DNA of 64,000 nt from Bryobacterales bacterium (GTDB taxonomy: Bacteria; Acidobacteriota; Terriglobia; Bryobacterales; UBA6623). Of this stretch, positions 29,994 to 41,577 are shown one piece after another. The notes under the pieces are model-generated. The model saw only the letters and a program-made list of their open reading frames with translations, was not told where the DNA came from and searched no databases. Where the stretch lies: the NCBI GenBank assembly GCA_963422375.2, contig OY729428.2, forward strand, positions 32,001-96,000, read 5' to 3'. Each line of letters starts with the position of its first letter. The first letter of the stretch is position 1. The translations under genes were made by a program, and so were the position numbers.

Positions 29994-31496
29994 TCATGCC
30001 ATCCATGGTTCGGGCATGCGCAGTCGCAGTCCGCGAGCATCGGCCGTGGAAGGATCGAGAAAGGCATTGCATCCCTTGAGTTCCTCTTGCGCCTTGTCGA
30101 TTGAAGACCAGTCTACAGACCTTGTCCATTTTTGCGCATAATCAAGGACGCGAACCAGCGGTTCGGCCCTACGATTCTGAGATAGGCCTTTGAGCGCCTG
30201 AATGTAATCCTCGCGGAACACGGTCGGAATGACGATGCGTTGCTCGTTTGACCGTTCTAATTCGGCATTCATCATGATTCGTGCGACTCGGCCGTTTCCG
30301 TCCGAAAATGGATGAACTTCAGTAACGAGGAACATCACGAAAACTGCGCGATCAAAGGGTGTCACTAGGCTGCGGTAGAATTCGAATCCCCTCTCGATGG
30401 TTCCGGTTACTAAGTCGGGCGCAACGAAGATTGTCGAACCCGCTCTATTGGCCGATTGCTTGAACTCTCCAGGCTGCAGTTCGGGTCGGCCTGCCATCAC
30501 CGTGGCATGGCGGTCCTTGAGAAGCCCGATAGCCTCCCTGTAGGTACGAGGACTTCGATTCATTTCGTCGGAGTTCGAAACGACTTGCCATGTCCCGACG
30601 ATGTCGTGAGCGTCGGCAGATCTCCCCATTGGAATCGTCCCGCGCAATACGATGTCCTCAGCTTCTTCGACGGAGAACTCAATCCCCTCGATGAAATTGG
30701 AGAAGTAAGCCTCGAAGAAATGAAAGACCTTGCTTGCGTCCGCATTCTCTTGACGAGATATGCGGCTGACCGGCGGACGCTGGCGGAGCGTGGATTGCAG
30801 GCTCTGGAACAATTCCAATCGCGCAGGGTCGTAGGGCCGTCCCCACCGCCTTGCAACCGCCGCCGACGCCCGCAGCCGGGCCTTCCGCGTTCCGAAGAAG
30901 GCTCCAATCAGAGAATCAAGGGCTTCTGCTTCCTGCTTCATCCCCAAGCTGGCGCCCACTTCACTGATTTGGTCCCGCAAGCGGTTCAGGTTGTCTTCGC
31001 CTGACCGGCGGACGAACTCCTCGAGACGCTCTTCGATCTCGGAGCGGGAGAGCGTGCGGCGGACACGGCCGCTCCTCGTTCGGGAATTCCGCATGTTCTC
31101 CACGTAGGCCCGCGCCGGCGAACTGAGGCGGAGTTGACCGTGAAACGGCAGGTCCGTAGCAAGCGCCGGCGCTCCGCGCCTCGGTCGCAGGACAATGCCC
31201 GGGAGACGGATGTCGCGACCGCTGTCGCTAACGAGACAGACCGATCCATCGTCTGCTGGACGGCACTCAAACGCAGTCCGGTCCGCGACTAGCGCCTGCG
31301 GAAAATACCCTGCGACGATGTCCCAGAGGTTCCGGCGAACGACGGTCTCGGGTGAGTCCCTCAGATTCCGGGTGTAGAGTCGGGATGCCAGCTTGCGGAG
31401 CGCCCCCGCCTTCACCGCCCGCCAGACCTCGCGACGGATGGCCGCGCTGACCACGAAGGCTTCGGGCATCTTGCCAAGAGGGCGCATTGCGGGCAT
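29994..31496 (-). CDS. Fic-domain protein with N-terminal AbiEi/wHTH-like region
   Basis: Canonical HPFSDGNGRVAR; FFEAYFSNFIEG; N-terminal GALRKLASRLYT. Lower GC. Start could be 31469-31559. Confidence 0.88.
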   Translation of the reverse strand: MPAMRPLGKMPEAFVVSAAIRREVWRAVKAGALRKLASRLYTRNLRDSPETVVRRNLWDIVAGYFPQALVADRTAFECRPADDGSVCLVSDSGRDIRLPGIVLRPRRGAPALATDLPFHGQLRLSSPARAYVENMRNSRTRSGRVRRTLSRSEIEERLEEFVRRSGEDNLNRLRDQISEVGASLGMKQEAEALDSLIGAFFGTRKARLRASAAVARRWGRPYDPARLELFQSLQSTLRQRPPVSRISRQENADASKVFHFFEAYFSNFIEGIEFSVEEAEDIVLRGTIPMGRSADAHDIVGTWQVVSNSDEMNRSPRTYREAIGLLKDRHATVMAGRPELQPGEFKQSANRAGSTIFVAPDLVTGTIERGFEFYRSLVTPFDRAVFVMFLVTEVHPFSDGNGRVARIMMNAELERSNEQRIVIPTVFREDYIQALKGLSQNRRAEPLVRVLDYAQKWTRSVDWSSIDKAQEELKGCNAFLDPSTADARGLRLRMPEPWMA

Positions 31497-32148
31497 TCCT
31501 TGAGGTCCCTCCCGATCTAGTATCCAGCAAGCGGACATTTCGTCAAACAGCAAAGCCAAGATGCGACATTCTATGATTGAGCGGTCCGCGCTCTAGGCCT
31601 TGAGCGGGTGCAGCTTGCTGCGGACGACAGGCGAACGCCTCGGAGCGATCGCCCTGTCGGGCGGCTTGATGAGGATCACTCGCGGCGAGACCGGGCCTCG
31701 GGACTTGTCGGCCCGGCCGTCCTCGCGCCTGAGCACGGCATCGACCGCGTACACCTTGGACACGAGGTCCGGTAGGCACCGAGCGACTTTTCCCGCCGTA
31801 CCAGTCCCGCACGCCCCCAGAAGCGGACATTCCGCTGGTTAGAACGGAGTAGATCGGACTTTCGCAGGTGTAACGCGGCATCGAGCGAGGCTCGCCTGTT
31901 CGAGCCACGCACGGAGTGCGACGGCTACCTCGGCGCGCGAGTCTGTGCCGTCCCGAAGGCCGGGGCCGCACTGCCGCAGCGGCACACCCGACGCAGCGGA
32001 CCGCGATCGTCCCGCGGGCGCTGGCGGGACCAAGCGATGACGCCAGCCAGCGAGCGCGGCCTGCAAGGGCACCTCCCGGTCAAGGCCGGGATCGCCCTTC
32101 GCGCCGTTCGGGCTCCCCCGCCCGGCGGTCCGCAGGGCGGAGTCCCTT

Positions 32149-32157
32149 TGCTAGGAT
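32149..32157 (+). promoter_or_regulatory. Extended -10 promoter element for grpE-dnaJ
   Basis: TGCTAGGAT about 30 bp before the grpE ATG. The same TGCTAnnnT form precedes tRNA-Ala (TGCTATGAT on the minus strand). Confidence 0.45.
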
Positions 32158-32186
32158 GGGTTCTTGGGGTCCGAGGCCCATCAGCC

Positions 32187-32753
32187 ATGGCCGTGTCCGA
32201 GGAACTAGACATCGAAAAGCAGCCGGCGGACGAGGTTTCGTCTGCCGCGCCGGAGCCCGCCCCGAATGGCGACGGGGAGGCGAGCGACGACGGCGAGGAG
32301 CAGCTCCGCGCCGAACTGGACCAGGCGCGCAAGGATTGCGACGACATGCTAGGACAGTTACAGAGGGCGCAGGCGGAGTTCGAAAACGTCCGCAAGCGGA
32401 TGCAGCGCGAGAAGGAGGACGTTGTCCGTTACGCGGCCTCCGAGACCATCCAGTCGCTGCTGCCTATCGTTGACGACTTCGAGCGAGCCATCGAAACCGA
32501 GGGCCTGCCCCCCGAGGTCAAGACGGGCTTGGAGCTCATCCACCGGCGCATCTTCGAGGTCTTCACCCGGGCCGGCCTGAAGGAAGTCGCCCAGCACGAG
32601 TCGTTCGACCCCACCCTGCACTTCGCCGTCGACCGCGCTCCGGCGACCGACGAGCAGGCCGACCAGCAGATTCTAGCCGTCTATCAGAAGGGGTACTTCT
32701 TCAAGGACCGCTTGGTGCGGGCCTCCATGGTGAAGGTGGCCGTCAAGGACTAG
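32187..32753 (+). CDS. grpE: Nucleotide exchange factor GrpE
   Basis: [47 protein letters not shown]. Confidence 0.95.
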   Translation: MAVSEELDIEKQPADEVSSAAPEPAPNGDGEASDDGEEQLRAELDQARKDCDDMLGQLQRAQAEFENVRKRMQREKEDVVRYAASETIQSLLPIVDDFERAIETEGLPPEVKTGLELIHRRIFEVFTRAGLKEVAQHESFDPTLHFAVDRAPATDEQADQQILAVYQKGYFFKDRLVRASMVKVAVKD

Positions 32754-32787
32754 CCTCGCGGCCCGAGGCACACGTCGGGCGAGCAAC

Positions 32788-33894
32788 GTGCGGAAACGCG
32801 ACTACTACGAAGTCCTCGGCGTGGGCCGGGAGGCTGACGAGGCGGAATGCAAGCGCGCCTACCGCCAGCTGGCCATGAAGTACCACCCGGACCGCAACCC
32901 TGACTCGAAGGAGGCGGAGGACAAGTTCAAGGAGGCGTCCGAGGCCTACGCCGTTCTCACCGACCCGCAGAAGCGGGACGTCTACGACCGCTTCGGACAC
33001 GACGGCCTGGCGGGCACAGCCGCACCGGGAGGCGGAATCGACCTCAGCGACTTCCCGGACATCTTCGGCGACCTCTTCGGCGATATCTTCGGAACAAGGC
33101 GGACCGGCCGGTCCGGTGCCCGCAAGGGCGAGGACCTCCAGTACGAGCTCGCTCTCGAATTCAAGGAGGCCATCTTCGGCTGTACCAAGGAGATCCGGAT
33201 CCCGCGTAGCGAGCGCTGCGAGCGCTGCGAGGGCGAAGCCTGCGAACCGGGAACTCGCCGCGTTGCCTGCAGCGCGTGCGGCGGCCGGGGCCAGGTATTC
33301 TCCCAGCGCGGCTTCCTCTCGGTGGGCCGGACATGCGTACGTTGCAGCGGGCGGGGTCAGTCCATTCCGACTCCATGCACCGCCTGCAACGGCAGGGGCA
33401 TGCAGCGCATCCAAGTCCGGCGCAAGCTGGACATTCCTCCCGGCATCGACAACGGGAACCGCATGCGCCTGCCGGGCGAGGGCAACTCCGGGTCGAGGGG
33501 CGGTCCGCGCGGGGATCTGTACGTAGTGATGCACGTGGAGGAGCACGACCTCTTCGAGCGGGACGGCCTCAGCCTTCACTGCGTCGTCCGCATCAACGTG
33601 GCCCAAGCCGCCTTGGGAGACAGCGTGCGCGTGCAGACGCTGGACGGCGACGACACGGTTCAGATCAAGCCGGGGGCTCAGTCGGGCGACCGGATCGAGC
33701 TGGCTCGGAAGGGCGTGCCCCAGCTGCGAGGCGGGGCACGCGGCAGCCTCGTGCTGCATCTGGAGGTCGAGGTTCCCAAGAGGCTGACGTCCGGCCAGCG
33801 GAGACTCTTCGAGCAGCTGCGCGATTCCCTGGCCGACGGGCCCCGCGACTCCAACGGCAAGCGCTTCTGGAAGTTCCGCAAGGGCCGGGCCTAG
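32788..33894 (+). CDS. dnaJ: Molecular chaperone DnaJ
   Basis: [15 protein letters not shown], four CxxCxGxG-type repeats, GDLYV. Confidence 0.96.
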   Translation: MRKRDYYEVLGVGREADEAECKRAYRQLAMKYHPDRNPDSKEAEDKFKEASEAYAVLTDPQKRDVYDRFGHDGLAGTAAPGGGIDLSDFPDIFGDLFGDIFGTRRTGRSGARKGEDLQYELALEFKEAIFGCTKEIRIPRSERCERCEGEACEPGTRRVACSACGGRGQVFSQRGFLSVGRTCVRCSGRGQSIPTPCTACNGRGMQRIQVRRKLDIPPGIDNGNRMRLPGEGNSGSRGGPRGDLYVVMHVEEHDLFERDGLSLHCVVRINVAQAALGDSVRVQTLDGDDTVQIKPGAQSGDRIELARKGVPQLRGGARGSLVLHLEVEVPKRLTSGQRRLFEQLRDSLADGPRDSNGKRFWKFRKGRA

Positions 33895-33949
33895 CCTAAA
33901 GGCGGACTTGGCAGGGCCGCGCACGCGTCCGATCGGATAACATCGGACC

Positions 33950-36151
33950 GTGCCCGCCCGGCGCCTTGCGACGATCGCCGCGCTGTTGCTGCTCGGAGCT
34001 CCCGCTTCCGCGCTGGACCCTGCCGAGCGGCTGGTCCTGCAAGTGCAGCAGCTCGTGTCCGGCCAGCGGGGCCTGCGGATATACGACTGGGTGGAGTTCT
34101 CCGTTGACGGAGGCACGGTCACCTTGGACGGCACCGTCTCCCGTCCCTCGCTGCGGGACGACATCGAAAGCTCCGTCCGCGCCTTGGAGGCCGTCGACAG
34201 CATCCGCAACCGGATCGAGCTGCTGCCTTCGGGCGGCGACGATGTCGGCATCCGCGTCAATGCGTACTGGCGGATCTACGGCCACCCCGAGATCAGGCGC
34301 TACCTCGGTCGCGAGGAGACCTTCCGCCCGCGGCTGCGGCGGGCAGCCAGCGACGCCCAGCGGGTGCTGATCCGACCGATCCACATCGTGGTCCGCGACG
34401 GGCACCTGGTCCTGGAAGGCGAAATAGAGCAGCAGCGCGCGAAGCGCGTGGCGGAGCAGCAGGCGCTGGCGGTCCTCGGCGTGCGCTCGGTAACCAACAA
34501 CATCGTCGTGACCGGGACCGACACCGAGGAGCTGGAGCCAATCGACTTCGAGCGCGACCCGTGGTGGGCCGACTCCGATTCGATCTCCGAGCCAGTCCTG
34601 CGCGTCGAGAACCCGGCCGGCGGCGTCCGGGTGCGCGTGGCCAATGCCGAGCGCGTGGTCGTCCGCCGCTCCAGCCGCACCAGGACGGTCCGCGCCGGCG
34701 ACACCAAGACGACCCGACTCGGGCGCAAGATGAGGATCCGGGTCCAGCCCCCGGACGGCGCCTGGGTCGATCTCGACATCGACATGCCCTACGGCCACCG
34801 GCTCGAGGTGCAGACCGTCGACGGCCCGATCTCCCTGCAGGGCTTGGTGCGCCACGCCAAGCTGCAGACGACCGTCGGGCGCGTCGAGCTGGACGTCCCT
34901 TGGAGAGGCGTCCGTCTCGAAGTCGAATCGGATCATCCCCCGGCCGAGGTGGAAGTCCCGGCGGATCTGCGGGCCTTCCTGCGCCTGCCCGCGCCGGGAT
35001 CGAAGCCCGGCCTGTGGACCGTGGAGGACACGCGCGACCCGCGCAACAGGCTTTACGGCTCGGTCCGTCTGGACGCGAGGCATCCCGACGCGCTCGTCCT
35101 GCGCGACGGCCCGATCCCGACCGACTCGCCCGTGCGGATGCACTGGCAGGCGCCCGAAGCCCTCGGCTCGATGCTGCGGCGGCCGTTCCGCATGCGCCTG
35201 AGCCGCGCCGGAGGTGACGGTTCCAAGCCCGGCCCGGGCGACGATGCCCCGGACCGCGGAACCCCGCAGTTCAGCTCGGACGTCCGCCTGGTCCAGCTAG
35301 CGGCCAGCGTGGTCGACGCGCTCAACCGGCCGGTCGCAGGCCTCGGCGCGGGCCACTTCGAGATCCTCGAGGACGGCGTCCCGCAGCGCATCGGCATCGT
35401 GCAGGACACCGAGGCCGCGTTCAACCTCGTCCTGCTGCTCGACTGCAGTACCAGCACCCTGGTCGACCGGAAGGCGGTGCTGGAGGCCGCCCGGCAGTTC
35501 GTCCTGGCGGCCCGGCCGTCGGATCGCGTCGGCATCTACGTGCTTTCGGACGCGTACGTCCACGTGATCGCGCCGCTGACTGCCGACCGCGCTACCCTGC
35601 TCCGCCTGATCGACCAGATTCCGCGCCTTGCCGGCGGCACGCCGCTCTACGACGCGGTCACCCTGTCCTACGCACACGAGCTGGCGCGGCGACGCTGGGA
35701 GCGGAACGCGCTGATCGTGATCAGCGACGGGATGGACAACGACCTGCTGGCCCGCTGGAGCCGCTCGGTTCCGTCGGAGGTGCGCTTCGAGGACCTGCTC
35801 GGCGCCGCCGCCGAAATGAACAGCGCGATCTATCCGATCTTCCTCGAGCCCGAGGCGCCCGGGATCCGGGCGGACCGGCAGTGGCGCGAGCGCCTCAGGC
35901 AGTCCACCGACAAGGCGCGCGAGCGCATGCGGCAGCTGGCCGAGGCGACCGGCGGGCGGCTGTTCCGCACCGAGTCGATCCGCGACCTGGAAGAGGTCTA
36001 CGGCCAGATCGCCCGGGAGCTGCGCAGCGTCTACACCCTCGGGTACTACCCGTCCAACCAGAAGTTCGACGGCGAGTGGCGCCGCATCCGGGTCAAAGTC
36101 TCGGGCGAGGGCCGGCACGTGCGCACCCGGCCCGGCTACTACGGCTGGTAG
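33950..36151 (+). CDS. Secreted BON-BON / adhesin-like / VWA multidomain protein
   Basis: Two BON domains (GTVTLDGTV..IRNRIE; GHLVLEGEI..GVRSVTNNI), DUF4097-like middle, VWA with DCSTS MIDAS, TPLYDAV, ISDGMD, LAEATGG, YTLGYYP..RTRPGYY. Confidence 0.8.
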   Translation: MPARRLATIAALLLLGAPASALDPAERLVLQVQQLVSGQRGLRIYDWVEFSVDGGTVTLDGTVSRPSLRDDIESSVRALEAVDSIRNRIELLPSGGDDVGIRVNAYWRIYGHPEIRRYLGREETFRPRLRRAASDAQRVLIRPIHIVVRDGHLVLEGEIEQQRAKRVAEQQALAVLGVRSVTNNIVVTGTDTEELEPIDFERDPWWADSDSISEPVLRVENPAGGVRVRVANAERVVVRRSSRTRTVRAGDTKTTRLGRKMRIRVQPPDGAWVDLDIDMPYGHRLEVQTVDGPISLQGLVRHAKLQTTVGRVELDVPWRGVRLEVESDHPPAEVEVPADLRAFLRLPAPGSKPGLWTVEDTRDPRNRLYGSVRLDARHPDALVLRDGPIPTDSPVRMHWQAPEALGSMLRRPFRMRLSRAGGDGSKPGPGDDAPDRGTPQFSSDVRLVQLAASVVDALNRPVAGLGAGHFEILEDGVPQRIGIVQDTEAAFNLVLLLDCSTSTLVDRKAVLEAARQFVLAARPSDRVGIYVLSDAYVHVIAPLTADRATLLRLIDQIPRLAGGTPLYDAVTLSYAHELARRRWERNALIVISDGMDNDLLARWSRSVPSEVRFEDLLGAAAEMNSAIYPIFLEPEAPGIRADRQWRERLRQSTDKARERMRQLAEATGGRLFRTESIRDLEEVYGQIARELRSVYTLGYYPSNQKFDGEWRRIRVKVSGEGRHVRTRPGYYGW

Positions 36152-36186
36152 AGGGCCGGGGAGCGGTGTGCCCGGCAGCGCAGTTT

Positions 36187-36210
36187 AATGTATACTAGAA
36201 GGTACAGATT
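36187..36210. promoter_or_regulatory. AT-rich imperfect palindrome upstream of sufB; candidate Rrf2 operator overlapping a -10 (TATACT)
   Basis: AATGTATAC-N6-GTACAGATT (7/9 arm complementarity) in an otherwise GC-rich region. An Rrf2 gene lies inside the operon. Confidence 0.55.
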
Positions 36211-36251
36211 GGGTGCCACCGCTCGGTGGGGCTACCCGTCTCCGCAGGAAG

Positions 36252-37700
<1,449 letters not shown>

Positions 37701-37729
37701 GCGCCGACGCGTCTGCAACCGGAGCGAGC

Positions 37730-38500
37730 ATGCTGCAAGTTCGCAATCTGCATGCCGGCATCGACGGCCGGGACATCCTACGGGGGGTCGATCTCGACGT
37801 CCCGCCCGGCGCGGTGCATGCGGTCATGGGCCCGAACGGTTCGGGCAAGAGCACGCTGGCGGCGGTCCTGGCCGGCCGCGACGGCTACGACGTCACCGCG
37901 GGCTCGGTCCGCTTCCGCGGCATGGACCTGCTCGAGATGGACCCCGAGCTGCGCGCCCGCGAGGGCGTCTTCCTCGCTTTCCAGTACCCGGTCGAGGTGC
38001 CGGGCGTGAGCACGATGTACTTCATGCGCGAGGCCGTCAACGCCGGCCGCAAGCACCGCGGGCTGGACGAGCTCTCCGCGGGGGACTTCCTGCGGCTGGC
38101 GCGATCCAAGATCCGGCCGCTCGGCATGGACGGCGACATGCTCAAGCGCGCCGTCAACGAGGGCTTCTCCGGCGGCGAGAAAAAGCGCAGTGAGATCTTC
38201 CAGATGACCATGCTGGAGCCTCGCCTGGCCGTTCTCGACGAGACCGATTCGGGACTGGACATCGACGCGCTCAAGGTGGTCGCAGACGGGGTCAACTCCC
38301 TGCGCGACCCGGCGCGCTCCTTCCTGGTGATCACGCACTACCAGCGGCTGCTGAACTACATCGTGCCGGACCGCGTTCACGTGCTGCACGGCGGCCGCAT
38401 CGTGCGGTCGGGCGACAAGTCGCTGGCGCTGGAGCTCGAGGACCGGGGCTACGCCTGGATCGAGCGGGAGGCCGCGGCACCGGCCCTCGCAGGGGCCTAG
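37730..38500 (+). CDS. sufC: Fe-S cluster assembly ATPase SufC
   Basis: GPNGSGKST, FLAFQYPVE, NEGFSGGEKKR, LDETDSGLDIDAL, ITHYQRLL. Confidence 0.98.
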   Translation: MLQVRNLHAGIDGRDILRGVDLDVPPGAVHAVMGPNGSGKSTLAAVLAGRDGYDVTAGSVRFRGMDLLEMDPELRAREGVFLAFQYPVEVPGVSTMYFMREAVNAGRKHRGLDELSAGDFLRLARSKIRPLGMDGDMLKRAVNEGFSGGEKKRSEIFQMTMLEPRLAVLDETDSGLDIDALKVVADGVNSLRDPARSFLVITHYQRLLNYIVPDRVHVLHGGRIVRSGDKSLALELEDRGYAWIEREAAAPALAGA

Positions 38501-38502
38501 CC

Positions 38503-39789
38503 ATGCAGGTCGCGACAGCGATGGTCGGCTCCTACCTGGAGCGCTTCGAGACGGCGCTGGCCCGCGGCCGCGGCGAGCCGGACTGGCTGGCGGACCGCCG
38601 CAAGCGGGCCATGGAGCGTTTTCTGGCGCTCGGCCTGCCGACGCGGCGCGACGAAGAATACAAGTACACCGACCTGTCGGCCCTCGCCAGCGGGGACTTG
38701 CTGTTCGACGCCCCGGAGCGGGGCGGGGCGCCAGCCGAGCTTCCGCTCCTACGCGCCGGGCCGACCTTGGCGTTCGACGGCCCGGCCGGGGCGCGCCGGG
38801 GCCCGCGGCCCCTGCCCGAAGGCGTGCGCGTGCTGAGCGTGGCCGCCTCCTCCCGCGAGGAGCTCGAGCCGTTCTCCGGGCATCTGGCGGCGATCGCGCC
38901 GTTCGAGGGCCACGCGCTGTGCGCACTCAGCACGGCCTTCTTCGCGGACGGGGCCATCGTCGAGGCGGCTCCGGGCGCCGTCGTCGAGGAGCCCGTCCAC
39001 TTGGCCTTCGGGGACGGCGCCGCCGGGCGGCTGCCCCGCGTGCTGGTCGTGGCCCGGCGCGGATCGTCGGTGCGGGTCGTCGAGACCTATTCCGGAGCGG
39101 GCACGTACTGGCGCAACGCCGTCACCGAGGTCCGCGCCGAAGAGAACGCGCGCGTGGACCACTACCGCGCGCAAGTCGAGTCCGAGCAGGCCTACCACAC
39201 CGGGCTGTTCCAGGCCTCCCAAGCCCGCGACAGCTACGTCGGGGCCTTCTCGCTGAGCTTCGGGGCCGCCGTCGCCCGCAACGACGTCGGCACGCGCCTC
39301 GCGGGGCCGGGCTGCGAGTGCTCGCTCGACGGGCTGTACGCGGTGCGCGACCGCCAGCACGTAGACCACCACACGGCCATCGATCACGCCATGCCGCACT
39401 GCAACTCGCACCAGCTCTACAAGGGCGTGCTCGACGACCGCTCGCGGGGCGTGTTCAACGGCAAGATCTTCGTGCGGCGGGACGCCCAGAAGACCGACGC
39501 CGTGCAGAGCAACAAGAACCTGCTGCTCTCCGACGCGGCCGAGGTCAACACCAAGCCGCAGCTCGAGATCGACGCCAACGACGTGCGCTGCACGCACGGG
39601 GCGACCATCGGGCAGCTCGACGCGGCCTCCTCCTTCTACCTGCGCTCGCGCGGCATCGGCGCCGCGCAGGCGCGCGCAATCCTGACCTACGCCTTCGCGG
39701 CGGACGCCTTGGAGCGCATCCGCGTCGAGCCCCTCAAGAAGCACTTCGCGGACCGGCTGCTCGCGCGCTTCGCCCCGCGGGAGAGCTGA
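38503..39789 (+). CDS. sufD: Fe-S cluster assembly protein SufD
   Basis: EEYKYTDL, GVFNGKIFV..AQKTDA, KPQLEIDANDVRCTHGATIG. Confidence 0.96.
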   Translation: MQVATAMVGSYLERFETALARGRGEPDWLADRRKRAMERFLALGLPTRRDEEYKYTDLSALASGDLLFDAPERGGAPAELPLLRAGPTLAFDGPAGARRGPRPLPEGVRVLSVAASSREELEPFSGHLAAIAPFEGHALCALSTAFFADGAIVEAAPGAVVEEPVHLAFGDGAAGRLPRVLVVARRGSSVRVVETYSGAGTYWRNAVTEVRAEENARVDHYRAQVESEQAYHTGLFQASQARDSYVGAFSLSFGAAVARNDVGTRLAGPGCECSLDGLYAVRDRQHVDHHTAIDHAMPHCNSHQLYKGVLDDRSRGVFNGKIFVRRDAQKTDAVQSNKNLLLSDAAEVNTKPQLEIDANDVRCTHGATIGQLDAASSFYLRSRGIGAAQARAILTYAFAADALERIRVEPLKKHFADRLLARFAPRES

Positions 39790-39814
39790 GGGAGCGGCCC
39801 GGAGGAGCGCGACC

Positions 39815-41062
39815 ATGCCACTGACCGCCACGGCTACCCCTCCCGCCCTCGACGCCGAGGCCCTGCGAGGCGACTTCCCCGCCCTGCACCAGTCCGTTCA
39901 CGGACGGCCGCTGGTGTACCTCGACAACGCGGCGTCCTCGCTGACGCCGCAGCCCGTCATCGACGCGCAGGTCGGGTTCTACGCGCGCGACCGCGCCAAC
40001 GTGCATCGGGGCGTCCACGAGCTCAGCCAGCGGGCCACCGAGAAGTACGAGTCCGCCCGGATCCGCCTCCAGCGCTTCCTCAACGCCGCCGAGACGGCCG
40101 AAATCGTCTGGACCAAGGGCGCGACCGAGGCCATCAACCTCGTGGCGGCGAGCTGGGGCCGGCAGCACGTGGGCGCGGGGGACGACGTGATCGTCTCCGC
40201 GATGGAGCACCATTCCAACATCGTGCCGTGGCAGATCCTCTGCCGCGAGCGGGGGGCCCGCCTGCGCGTGATTCCGATGTCCGCAGCCGGCGAGCTGCGC
40301 CTCGAGTCCCTGGACGAGCTGCTGTGCGGGCGGACCCGCGTCGTCGCGGTGACCCACGTCTCGAACGCCCTCGGCACGGTGAATCCAGTCGCCGAGATCG
40401 CCGCCCGGGCGCGCGCCGCCGGAGCCGTCTGCGTGGTGGACGGCGCCCAGGCGGCACCCCACATGCCCATCGACGTGCGCGCCCTGGACTGCGACTTCTT
40501 CGCCCTGTCTGGCCACAAGATGTGCGGCCCGACCGGCATCGGGGCCCTGTACGGCCGCCGGGAGCTGCTGGAGGGAATGCCGCCCTACCAGAGCGGCGGA
40601 GACATGATCTCCTCGGTGAGCTTCGAGCGAACCGAGTACAACGAGCTCCCGTACAAGTTCGAGGCCGGCACGCCGAACATCGCAGGCGCGATCGGGCTGG
40701 GCGCGGCGGTCGAATACCTGGAATCCATCGGCATGGAGCGGATCGTCGCGCACGAGGCGGACCTGCTGGACTACGGCACCGAGCGGCTGCACGCCATCCG
40801 GCGCCTGCGGCCCATCGGCACGGCCCGCCGCAAGGCCGGCGTGATCTCGTTCGAGGTCGCCGGCATCCATCCCGCCGATCTCGGCACGATCCTGGACCGC
40901 CGCGGGATCGCGCTGCGCGTGGGCCATCACTGCGCCGAGCCGGTGATGCGGTTCTACGGCGTGCCCGCCACCACGAGAGCGTCCCTGGCCTTCTACAACA
41001 CCCGCGCCGATTTCGACGCGCTGGCGGACGCAATCGAGACCGCGAAGGAAATTTTCGACTGA
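39815..41062 (+). CDS. sufS: Cysteine desulfurase SufS (type II)
   Basis: YLDNAAS, MEHHSNIVPW, SGHKM (PLP lysine), FEAGTP, RVGHHCA. Confidence 0.96.
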   Translation: MPLTATATPPALDAEALRGDFPALHQSVHGRPLVYLDNAASSLTPQPVIDAQVGFYARDRANVHRGVHELSQRATEKYESARIRLQRFLNAAETAEIVWTKGATEAINLVAASWGRQHVGAGDDVIVSAMEHHSNIVPWQILCRERGARLRVIPMSAAGELRLESLDELLCGRTRVVAVTHVSNALGTVNPVAEIAARARAAGAVCVVDGAQAAPHMPIDVRALDCDFFALSGHKMCGPTGIGALYGRRELLEGMPPYQSGGDMISSVSFERTEYNELPYKFEAGTPNIAGAIGLGAAVEYLESIGMERIVAHEADLLDYGTERLHAIRRLRPIGTARRKAGVISFEVAGIHPADLGTILDRRGIALRVGHHCAEPVMRFYGVPATTRASLAFYNTRADFDALADAIETAKEIFD

Positions 41063-41568
41063 TGCCACTGCTCTCGCTCGGACTGAACGACAGCCCCGCC
41101 GCGCCGGAGGAGGCACCCGAGGAGCCCTCGGACGGCCTCGACACGGGGGCCCTGAAACGCGCGCCCCAGTACAGCGACTACGTCCCGAGCATGCACTCGA
41201 ACATGACGATGACGTCCCCGCTGCCACCGAAGGAGCCGGAATACGCTCCGGACGCGACGCTGGAAGAGAAAGTGGTCGCCGTGCTCAAGACGTGCTACGA
41301 CCCGGAGATCCCGATCGACATCTACGAGCTGGGGCTCATCTACAAGGTGTTCGCGCCGCGCTCGCCCGGGGAGCCCGACAAGGTCAAGGTCCTGATGACC
41401 CTGACGGCCCCGAACTGCCCGGCGGCGCAGACACTGCCGGCCGAGGCGAAATACAAGGTGGAGCGGCTGAGCGAGGTCGCCGACGCCGAGGTGGAGATCA
41501 CCTTCGACCCGCCTTGGACGCCCGAGAAGATGAGCGAGGAAGCCAAGCTCGTCCTGAACCTGGTCTGA
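41062..41568 (+). CDS. DUF59/SufT-like Fe-S maturation protein
   Basis: YDPEIPIDIYELGLIY, MTLTAPNCP, FDPPWTPEKMSEEAK. ATG overlaps the sufS stop. Confidence 0.9.
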   Translation: MPLLSLGLNDSPAAPEEAPEEPSDGLDTGALKRAPQYSDYVPSMHSNMTMTSPLPPKEPEYAPDATLEEKVVAVLKTCYDPEIPIDIYELGLIYKVFAPRSPGEPDKVKVLMTLTAPNCPAAQTLPAEAKYKVERLSEVADAEVEITFDPPWTPEKMSEEAKLVLNLV

Positions 41569-41577
41569 GGCGATCCC

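Noticed and set aside
31560..32186. CIRCE element before grpE-dnaJ
   Set aside because: No TTAGCACTC-N9-GAGTGCTAA match found.
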